Assembly (NCBI GenBank): GCA_012523535.1
Contig: JAAYII010000131.1
Coordinates: forward strand, 1-24,773
DNA from: Peptococcaceae bacterium
Lineage (GTDB): Bacteria; Bacillota; Desulfitobacteriia; Desulfitobacteriales; Syntrophobotulaceae
Length of the DNA: 24,773 nt
Direction of reading: 5' to 3'
The translations under genes and the position numbers were made by a program. This document shows positions 17,800 to 24,773 of the stretch, piece by piece. Under the pieces are notes generated by a model. It was given only the letters and a program-made list of their open reading frames with translations, searched no databases and had not been told where the DNA came from. Every line of letters begins with the position of its first letter. Within the stretch, counting starts at the first letter, position 1.

Positions 17800-18096
17800 A
17801 ACCACATTAATATTAACTATATTTATATTTAGACAGAAACAATTTTAATATTACCCTTAATCGAAAAAAAATAAAATACTCTAAAAAGCATATTCTTAGC
17901 TGAAACACAGTATAAATATACTTCAACGCCATCTAATAAGTCAATATAACATTTTAGTAAATTGTAAGCATTATATCCTTGGTTTAAGTTATTTTTTAAA
18001 AAAAGCGGCCTCTGGCTTCAGGGTTCAAAAAATTATAAATTTTAAGGCCGTTTATCTGTTCTTAATTTCGCTAAAGTTTAATCTCCACCCCGCCAA

Positions 18097-18213
18097 TTAA
18101 ATCTCCTTCATCCTGGGCAAATAATCTAGTAGCTTAAAGCGTTCTGCCAAATAGTCGGCATATTGGTCGGCATATTCGGCATCAAAATAGGGACGATAAC
18201 GTTGGACGGTCTT
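18097..18213 (-). pseudogene. Possible start-less 3' gene remnant (38 aa), family not recognised
   Basis: The frame reads KTVQRYRPYFDAEYADQYADYLAERFKLLDYLPRMKEI*. It is preceded by an in-frame TAA and an SD-like AAAGGGG, with no start codon. Confidence 0.25.
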
Positions 18214-18256
18214 TTAAAACCCCTTTATTAAAGATTGTTATTAGTAAAAGCAAAAA

Positions 18257-18286
18257 GACCCTGGAACATTTTTTGCCCGCAGGGTC
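18257..18286 (-). terminator. Terminator after the radical SAM gene
   Basis: GACCCTG...CAGGGTC stem followed on the minus strand by TTTTTGCTTTT. Confidence 0.7.
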
Positions 18287-18326
18287 CAATTAAACCTTAT
18301 TGTTTACGTCCTTAAGCCAAACTCTT

Positions 18327-19457
18327 TTAAACGAACTTTTTAATAATCTCGTCGCATATTTGGTCAATATTGCTTTCGTTAATATTGAATCTACTGATAA
18401 TACTCTCAACTTCTCTTCTTTGAAAAGGATTGTTTAGATCATCAAGATAGAACATCCTGCCGGTCCTTCTGCCAATCCTAAAGATCATTTGTTCCCTGGG
18501 ATCAAGGGCTAAAAACTTTTCAATAATTCCAATCATTTTTTCCTTATCCTCGGGAAGCTTGCCTTCGACTTCTTGGAGCAAGTTGATCATGTGATCACTT
18601 ACCACATAACTGGTAACGCCTTCAAGATTCTTAATCAAATATAATATTTCTTTCACCATATCTATATCATTCGTTCTGGTGAAAAGTCCGTTTTGATAAT
18701 CAGCATACAACTCTATTCTTTGCCGCATGGCAAATGTTCTAATCCTTATAAAATCCGGATTAATCTGATTGAGAGCGTCGGCCGTTTCAACGGCGTTCTC
18801 ATAGGAATACTCTTTACCACCAATTCCGGGCATAAAATACTCGGACAATTCAATGCCCGCCCTTTTTACCCTTTGCCCGGCAATAATATGCTTTTCTTTA
18901 TCAACACCCTTTTTAATCAATTCCAGGATCTTGGTACTGCCTGTTTCCATCCCGACATGAATTCTGTTTAGCCCCGCTGCGGCCAACGCTTGCATATTTT
19001 CATCACTTATCTTGGCCAGAGTTTGAGACCTACCATAGGTTGTTATTCTCTCAATATTGGGGAAATTTTTCCGGAGGTATTCAAGTATTTTGACTACATC
19101 TTCCGCTTTCATAACCAGGCTATTTGCATCTTGCAAGAAGACAGATTTCATCCCATTTGCATACCATTCATTAGCCATGTATAAAGCCTGATCATCCTGG
19201 TATTTTTTCCAATCCAAAACTTGTATTTGCCCGTTGTTGCCGCTTAATTGATCAGTCCATTTCTTAATTTGGTCGATATCTTTCAAAACATGTTCGACAG
19301 GCCGAACGCTAAATTTTTTTCCTTTATACAAATAACAAAACTTGCAACGGTTCCACGGACAATTTCTGGTCAGTCTGAGCAATAAGCTCCTAGCTTCACT
19401 TGGCGGTCTAATCGGGCCTATTTCATAACCGTTATACTCTTCAAGGTTTTTCACCAC
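18327..19457 (-). CDS. Radical SAM protein of unknown function (Elp3/MiaB/HemN-like fold)
   Basis: GTG start. GPIRPPSEARSLLLRLTRNCPWNRCKFC contains CxxxCxxC. Also VFLQDANSL, RITTYGRS, GLNRIHVGMETGS, MPGIGG and SDHMINLL. Confidence 0.9.
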   Translation of the reverse strand: MVKNLEEYNGYEIGPIRPPSEARSLLLRLTRNCPWNRCKFCYLYKGKKFSVRPVEHVLKDIDQIKKWTDQLSGNNGQIQVLDWKKYQDDQALYMANEWYANGMKSVFLQDANSLVMKAEDVVKILEYLRKNFPNIERITTYGRSQTLAKISDENMQALAAAGLNRIHVGMETGSTKILELIKKGVDKEKHIIAGQRVKRAGIELSEYFMPGIGGKEYSYENAVETADALNQINPDFIRIRTFAMRQRIELYADYQNGLFTRTNDIDMVKEILYLIKNLEGVTSYVVSDHMINLLQEVEGKLPEDKEKMIGIIEKFLALDPREQMIFRIGRRTGRMFYLDDLNNPFQRREVESIISRFNINESNIDQICDEIIKKFV

Positions 19458-19504
19458 TTTTCCCCACCACCTCTCTTTGTTTATCTAGAAAAACGATTCA
19501 TTTC

Positions 19505-19533
19505 ATTATATATCACTCGCGCTTACATGACAA
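19505..19533 (-). promoter_or_regulatory. Sigma-A-like promoter of the radical SAM gene
   Basis: TTGTCA (19533-19528), 17 nt, TATAAT (19510-19505). Confidence 0.7.
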
Positions 19534-19600
19534 AAAACAAGGCAGCACTAGCCTCCCTTATCCCGCTTTATACCTTTATCTTAATATCTCTTTATTCTTT

Positions 19601-20041
19601 CTATATATTTAAATCTATTACCGGCCATTCAACACCGCCATAATTGATAAAATATTGGCCGTTACGCTCTATGGCATTCCTACATAATTCGTTATAAGCT
19701 GCGCGAGACAACTTGGTATCTGCCGGCCAAATAAGTGAAATGTAGGGAATATTGTTTTTAATAATCATATTACCCTGGGGTAAAGGCAATTCTCGCCCGT
19801 CATAAAGCAAGATCATAGGTTGCCCGTTTTGTTCGGTTACTGATTTAACGTAAAAAGGAGCATCCTCCACTTCTACCGGGTACCACTCGTTTTGCCAGAC
19901 AATATAATATTGATTATCGCTTTCCTTTCTTAGATGCGAAGCAAAAAATTTGACAATATCCATTCTTGTCATTAGCACTCCATCTGCATACCACTGACCG
20001 TCTTTATCAATAAATAGCTTGGGGGCAGGTAAATATTCCAA
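19601..20041 (-). CDS. DUF1285-like hypothetical protein
   Basis: TTG start with SD AAAGGAGG. IDKDGQWYADG...IVKFFASHLRKE...YYI.....YPVEVEDAPF resembles the DUF1285 N-terminal pattern. Confidence 0.65.
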   Translation of the reverse strand: MEYLPAPKLFIDKDGQWYADGVLMTRMDIVKFFASHLRKESDNQYYIVWQNEWYPVEVEDAPFYVKSVTEQNGQPMILLYDGRELPLPQGNMIIKNNIPYISLIWPADTKLSRAAYNELCRNAIERNGQYFINYGGVEWPVIDLNI

Positions 20042-20181
20042 GACAAAGCCTCCTTTAACCTTAAATTTTAGCTCATCATTAGAATAACAGCTTCGCTTTT
20101 CCGATTACTGTTTATACTATTATTTCATCTTTTTTCAATAAAATACCTGCTAAAAAATTTCCGGAGTTGTCAATAAAACGT

Positions 20182-21389
20182 CTAATTCAGCCTCAAACGT
20201 TTACTGGTGACCTGATACAATACACCTACCACCGCCAGCAGGAAACCGGATACCAAGAGAATGGAACCAATAGAAATCACATTAGCCAAAGGGCCAAATA
20301 ACAGTATGGCCACCGGCATAGCGCTGCCGGTAACGATTTGTACCAGGGAAAATACCCTTCCCATCATGGCCGGTTCTACATTTTCCTGAATCAATACCGT
20401 TTGCACGGTGGCGATAATCGGCATAAAAAATCCGGCGGAGCCCATAATCAGCAAATATACAATAAAACCACCTACAATACCCAGCAAAGCAAAAGTAACG
20501 CTGAACCCCATCAGGCAAATGGCTGTTGTTAGTATTTTATCTTGAAATGTTCCTTTTAAGGAGACAAATATCCCGCCCAATAAAGAACCAATTGTCCAGA
20601 CCATCTCATTGGCAGTCAAACGCCAAACATCGCCACCGAAACTGCGCTCCACCAATAATGGGGTTAATATGGCAGCCGGGGTAACAAGGAAAAAAGAAAT
20701 CCCGAAAAAAATTAAAATAAGCTTTAAGAGCTATTATTAAGAGTGTACTTCACTCCCCGCCTCAATTCGGTAAAAACCTTAGCCTGGTCTGTACGATGCA
20801 CTTTCTCAACGGAAATAAAACTAAGAACGCCTATGGCTATGGAAGCGGTAAACACATCCAGCATAAATGCCCAAGCGATACCCAAAAAGCCAAGCACAAT
20901 TCCGCCCACAGCAGGAGATAGCAACATTAATATAGAATTCAAAGTTTGATTAATACCCTGGACCTCGGTTAGCTTCTCCATTGGCACTATTTGCGGGAAC
21001 AGAGCATTGACAGCCGGAGTTTGAATTCCTGCTCCGAATGAACGAATCAGGGAAACTAGCAACAACAATTCTATTCTTTGATAGCCTAGCCAGAAAGTAA
21101 TAGCCAAAGCAAGGATGGCCAGGGCAATAAAGCTGTCGGAGAGCATGATAAGATATTTCCGGTTATAGCGATCAGCCCAGACGCCGGCCCACAGAGAAAT
21201 CAGAACCTGAGGCAATAAGGAGCAGATAGTAAAAAGCGTTATCCATTTACCGGAAGAGGTTTCCAGAGTAATATACCAGATAATCGCGAAACTGACCACG
21301 GAGGAGCCAAAAAGAGTTATATTTTGGCTCACCAAGAATAGGGCAATCTTCCCCCAAGAAAAACTGTTATCAGGCAATTTCTCGCACAT
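20182..21389 (-). pseudogene. MFS efflux transporter (DHA3/MefA-like), split by a frameshift near 20730
   Basis: ATG 21389 (SD AAGGA) gives ...LFLVSQNITLFGSSVVSFAIIWYITLETSSG...GVWADRYNRK...GVKYTLNNSS*. A second frame is open from 20730 (LLKLILIFFGISFFLVTPAAILTPLLVERSFGGDVWRLTANE...) to the stop at 20182. Adding 1 nt restores a single 403-codon frame. Confidence 0.85.
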
Positions 21390-21492
21390 CACATTATCCT
21401 TACCAAAATCTAGCAAAAGAGGCCTCCAGTTTCTTATTTGTAAAAAAATTCGCTTTAGAATTTAAATAAAGAATTCAGCGAGGAGGTTTATT

Positions 21493-22284
21493 ATGGAAGA
21501 GCTTATTGAAAAAACAGCTCAGCACCTGGCTAAAAGCCAATACGCGGTGGCGTTAACCGGAGCCGGGATTTCCACAGAGTCTGGTATCCCCGACTATCGG
21601 GGACCAAACGGCGTATGGGTTAAAAACCCGGAAGAGGAAAGAAAAGCTTATCTAATCTATGATTTGTTCCGGAGAAATCCTGAAGCCTACTGGCAAGAAA
21701 ATTTGGAAAATCCTCGCTTTAAAGGGATGCTGGAAATGAAGCCCAACCCTGGTCATTATGCCTTGGTTGAGCTTGAAGAAATGGGTATTCTAAAAGCTAT
21801 TGTAACTCAAAACATTGACAACCTGCATGCTAAAGCCGGTTCACGCAAGGTCTTGGATTATCACGGCAATCTTGCCAAATTAAGATGTGAAAACTGCCAA
21901 AACCGTTATCCCGTGGAGGAATTTGATTTAAAGAAAATCATTTATCAAGAAAGAAAAATCCCTCTGTGCCGGAACTGCGGCTATCCTCTAAAATCCGATG
22001 TAGTTTATTTTGGGGAGCCCATTCCTGAAGATGTAGCCTCCTTAAGTCTGGAAGAAGCTCAGAAATGCGATGTAATGTTAATCTGTGGGACTTCAGCCAC
22101 TGTTTATCCCTTTGCCAGCCTGCCTTTTTCAGCCAGGAACAGGCCCGGGGTTATCATCATTGAAGTTAACGCCGAATCCACCCCCCTGACCAGAAATAAA
22201 ATCTCCAATTATTTGATCAAGGGTAAAACCGGTGAAATATTACCGCAAATAGTTAAAAGAGTAAAAGAATTGAAAAAGAATTAA
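21493..22284 (+). CDS. cobB: NAD-dependent protein deacylase (sirtuin, Sir2/CobB family)
   Basis: SD GAGGAGG. GAGISTESGIPDYRGPNG, TQNIDNLH, HG, two CxxC zinc pairs (CENC, CRNC), VVYFGE, GTSATVYP and EVN. Confidence 0.93.
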   Translation: MEELIEKTAQHLAKSQYAVALTGAGISTESGIPDYRGPNGVWVKNPEEERKAYLIYDLFRRNPEAYWQENLENPRFKGMLEMKPNPGHYALVELEEMGILKAIVTQNIDNLHAKAGSRKVLDYHGNLAKLRCENCQNRYPVEEFDLKKIIYQERKIPLCRNCGYPLKSDVVYFGEPIPEDVASLSLEEAQKCDVMLICGTSATVYPFASLPFSARNRPGVIIIEVNAESTPLTRNKISNYLIKGKTGEILPQIVKRVKELKKN

Positions 22285-22285
22285 C

Positions 22286-23515
22286 CTATTCCAATAAAGC
22301 TTTATGATATGTTTTCTTGCCTTTACGAATTTTAACGCCCTGTTTTAATTGCTCGGAAGTAACAGTAAGTTCCGTGGATAGAACTTTTTCATCATTTACA
22401 AGCACTCCCCCCTGTTCAATCAAACGTCTGGCTTCTCTCTTGGAGGGAGCTAACCCACAAGCGATCATTAAATCCACAATACCAATAACTCCCTCAGCCA
22501 GTTGCTCCAGGGAAATTATCGTGGTCGGCATGTTGGAATCATCTGAACCTTCTACAAAGAGGGCGTGAGAAGCATTCAAGGCTTTTTTTGCTTCCTCTTC
22601 ACCATGAACCATTTTGGTCAGTTCATAAGCCAAAATTTCCTTGGCCTTATTTAACTGGCTGCCTTCCCATATTTCCATCTCCTTAATCTGTTCCAGCGGC
22701 AAGAAGGTAAGCATCCGCAAGCATTTAATAACGTCGGCATCGGCAACATTTCGCCAATACTGGAAAAACTCAAAGGGAGAAGTTTTGTTGGGGTCAAGCC
22801 AAACAGCGCCCTTAGCGGTTTTTCCCATTTTTTGACCTTCAGAGTTCATAAGCAAGTTTATAGTCATAGCATAAGCATCTTTCCCCAATTTACGGCGAAT
22901 TAATTCTGTCCCGCCCAGCATATTGGACCATTGGTCATCACCGCCGAACTGCATATTACAGCCATAGTTTTTATACAGATAATAAAAGTCATAGGACTGC
23001 ATGATCATATAATTAAACTCCAAGAAAGAAAGCCCTTTCTCCATTCTCTGCTTATAGCATTCGGCCCGCAGCATGTTGTTCACTGAGAAATGAGGACCTA
23101 CTTCCCGTAGTAATTCAATGTAATTTAGTTTTAATAGCCAGTCTGCATTATTAACCATAATGGCTTTGCCTTCGCCGAACTCAATAAATCTTTCCATCTG
23201 TTTTTTAAAACACTCACTGTTATACTCAATGGTTTCAGGTGTCATCATGGATCGCATATCTGTACGGCCGGAGGGATCACCTATATAAGCCGTCCCTCCT
23301 CCTATAAGGACTATAGGTCTATTTCCTGCCATCTGCAAACGTTTCATCAGGCATAGAGCCATAAAATGACCAACATGCAAAGAATCAGCCGTGGGATCAA
23401 AGCCTATATAAAATGTTGCTTTGCCGTTATTGACAAGTTCTTTAATTTCTTTTTCATCAGTAACTTGAGCAATAAGTCCTCTGGCCATTAATTCATCATA
23501 AATAGTCATATTCAT
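22286..23515 (-). CDS. tyrS: Tyrosine--tRNA ligase
   Basis: [16 protein letters not shown] (HIGH), [34 protein letters not shown] (KMSKS) and a C-terminal S4-like domain. The true start may be ATG 23509, which has better SD spacing. Confidence 0.97.
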   Translation of the reverse strand: MNMTIYDELMARGLIAQVTDEKEIKELVNNGKATFYIGFDPTADSLHVGHFMALCLMKRLQMAGNRPIVLIGGGTAYIGDPSGRTDMRSMMTPETIEYNSECFKKQMERFIEFGEGKAIMVNNADWLLKLNYIELLREVGPHFSVNNMLRAECYKQRMEKGLSFLEFNYMIMQSYDFYYLYKNYGCNMQFGGDDQWSNMLGGTELIRRKLGKDAYAMTINLLMNSEGQKMGKTAKGAVWLDPNKTSPFEFFQYWRNVADADVIKCLRMLTFLPLEQIKEMEIWEGSQLNKAKEILAYELTKMVHGEEEAKKALNASHALFVEGSDDSNMPTTIISLEQLAEGVIGIVDLMIACGLAPSKREARRLIEQGGVLVNDEKVLSTELTVTSEQLKQGVKIRKGKKTYHKALLE

Positions 23516-23728
23516 ACCCCTTTACAAGTATATTTCTGATAAAAATACAAAAAATAGATATATTTTGTTCTAAAAATCAGGACAAAAACTCCTCTTTCGG
23601 AAAAGCCAATTGTTCGCGTCTAATGTTTTAACATACCAAAAGATGCTATGAACCTATCTTCATTAAAGAATCGAAACGGATTTTGACTTGGAATATATGA
23701 TTATCATTTGAAAATTTAAAAAGATAAT

Positions 23729-23753
23729 CCCTTTCCTAATAACTGGGAAAGGG
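23729..23753 (-). terminator. Terminator-like hairpin about 215 nt upstream of tyrS
   Basis: CCCTTTCC/GGAAAGGG stem followed on the minus strand by ATTATCTTTTT. Confidence 0.6.
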
Positions 23754-23833
23754 TCAAATCTTTCTTATTCCACTTGAATTTGTTATGTTTAATTGAAACC
23801 CTCTCTTTTCCTGCCCATTTTTCCTAATGTACT

Positions 23834-23851
23834 ATTTATAATATTATAAAT
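23834..23851. repeat. Perfect 18-bp palindrome ATTTATAATATTATAAAT
   Basis: Self-complementary, with TATAAT on both strands. It overlaps the 17-nt spacer of a minus-strand TTGATT...TACATT promoter-like pair. Confidence 0.65.
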
Positions 23852-23916
23852 CAAGTAACTTTACAAGTTATTCAGAGGGTGAAGATGTTACTTTCAAAAG
23901 AACCAAAACGCAAAGA

Positions 23917-23942
23917 AGCCGCTGCCATTATGGTCAGCGGCT
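23917..23942 (-). terminator. Terminator after the oxidoreductase remnant
   Basis: AGCCGCTG/CAGCGGCT stem followed on the minus strand by TCTTTGCGTTTT. Confidence 0.65.
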
Positions 23943-23958
23943 ACATTATTAAACTCGA

Positions 23959-24130
23959 CTAAATATGAAGTGCTGCCTGGAAAGCCTGATTAACTGCCGT
24001 CCCAATTGTTCCGACCTTGTAACAATCTCCAACTATATAAACACTGGTTTCCGTAGCACAATGCGAAGCTCTTCTACCTTATTTGTTCTCGGACTCATAC
24101 CCATCGCCAGTAACACCGTATGCTATTTCC
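23959..24130 (-). pseudogene. Degraded 3' end of an NADH:flavin oxidoreductase-like (OYE/FAD-dependent) gene
   Basis: Hand translation with one frameshift near 24062: (H/D)TVLLAMGMSPRTNKVEELR / CATETSVYIVGDCYKVGTIGTAVNQAFQAALHI*. This matches the typical DTV(L)LA.G...R ... V.(I)VGDC....G.I..AV..A..AA..I C-terminus. An in-frame TAG lies at 24125-24123. Confidence 0.6.
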
Positions 24131-24195
24131 ACCGGCATAAAAAATGAGAAAATTTTTTTGGAGCAACTAAGGCCCGGGTTGAAAAAATCCGATTG

Positions 24196-24492
24196 CTAAG
24201 CGGTCAAATTTCGGGTTACATTTTTTATCCAACGTCCGGACTTTAGGCGCAGAAGACTTAAAAAACATTTGGCTATTTCCTCTATTACGGTCAAACCATA
24301 GACAACATCAATCCCAACCGCTGCGATCTCTACTTCACCCAATCTGCCTACCATCACCGTATCAATCAGATTTAATAAAGAGGAAAGAAAATTTTGAATC
24401 ATAACCGGTAAAGCAATGGCCAACATTTGTCGATAGAACTTATTATTTTTGTGATTGAAACTGCCTGCAGATAATTGCGCTAATTCAGTCAT
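24196..24492 (-). pseudogene. MATE family efflux transporter, 5' fragment only (about 61 codons of homology)
   Basis: SD GGAGGAAGG. FYRQMLAIALPVMIQNFLSSLLNLIDTVMVGRLGEVEIAAVGI is a MATE N-terminus. The sequence then turns unrelated at about 24310 and stops at 24196; a full MATE is about 450 aa. Confidence 0.8.
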
Positions 24493-24653
24493 GCCTTCCT
24501 CCGATTATTAATCAATATTTGTTGCTGCGACTAAACAATTTATGCTTGATCAGAATAACAACAGTAAAACCACTCTGACGATTCAAAGTGGTTAGCTTTA
24601 ATAATAACATAAAATATCAAAATATAAAGCAGCCGTAAAAAGACACAAAAAGA

Positions 24654-24706
24654 AAGCCTTGACCACCGCAGAAACATTGAGTTTGGAATGGAGGCGGCCA
24701 AGGCTT
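24654..24706 (-). terminator. Terminator-like inverted repeat upstream of the MATE fragment
   Basis: Minus strand AAGCCTTGGCCGCC...GGTGGTCAAGGCTT (stem with G-U pairs) followed by TCTTTTTGTGTCTTTTT. It probably ends a gene entering from the right edge; one frame reads ...RLKSYGLPVVLH* with TGA at 24736-24734. Confidence 0.55.
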
Positions 24707-24773
24707 CTGGAAGTAAGGGAACCAACTGTTCAATCAATGCAATACTACCGGTAGACCATAGCTTTTAAGTCTG

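Noticed and set aside
17742-18326. CRISPR array, IS element or tRNA in the long intergenic gaps
   Set aside because: No regularly spaced repeats, transposase frame, terminal inverted repeats with target duplications, or cloverleaf. The GTCGGCATATT repeat has only two full copies and a partial third.
21493-22284. Sirtuin as an anti-phage SIR2 defence effector
   Set aside because: It is a standard zinc-binding Sir2/CobB of normal length with no defence partner genes adjacent, consistent with a housekeeping deacylase.
157-22835. Many 60-137 aa ORFs nested in or antisense to long genes (for example 1139-1372, 2371-2892, 7514-7786, 12358-12673, 15738-16151, 17085-17486, 22317-22835)
   Set aside because: Shadow frames of well-supported genes, with no motifs or SD support.
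23516-23900. T-box riboswitch upstream of tyrS
   Set aside because: No T-box consensus (AAnnnGGGTGGnACCGCG-like) was seen 5' of the hairpin or elsewhere in the leader.
23965-24147. 60-aa plus-strand ORF
   Set aside because: It is antisense to the oxidoreductase remnant, whose minus-strand translation is much more protein-family-like.
24540-24737. 65-aa minus-strand ORF
   Set aside because: It spans a terminator-like inverted repeat and an AT-rich promoter region, with no SD or recognisable motif.

Overview
AT-rich chromosomal window, most likely from an anaerobic Bacillota/Clostridia-type bacterium (inferred from sigma-A-like promoters, GGAGG/GGGG Shine-Dalgarno sites, a lipoprotein-anchored TRAP binding protein and a clostridial-type TyrS). 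Left to right it holds: a carboxy(nor)spermidine/saccharopine dehydrogenase running off the left edge; a four-gene GldA/GldF/GldG-like ABC operon with a DUF4340-like gene; a PPi-type phosphofructokinase; an SDR oxidoreductase; a trehalose cluster (fused T6P synthase/phosphatase interrupted by one in-frame TAG, GH65 phosphorylase, beta-phosphoglucomutase, convergent Glk-type glucokinase); an orphan TRAP transporter in dctP-dctM-dctQ order; a radical SAM gene; a DUF1285-like gene; a frameshifted MFS exporter; a sirtuin; tyrS; and a decayed right end with a MATE 5' fragment and a flavin-oxidoreductase 3' remnant. No rRNA, tRNA, CRISPR array, T-box or transposase was recognised. The best leads are the amber-interrupted TPS/TPP gene beside a GH65/pgmB pair (a possible alternative trehalose route), the uncharacterised Gld-like ABC/DUF4340 system, and repeated deletion scars. 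All family calls come from motif recognition by eye; no database search was run.
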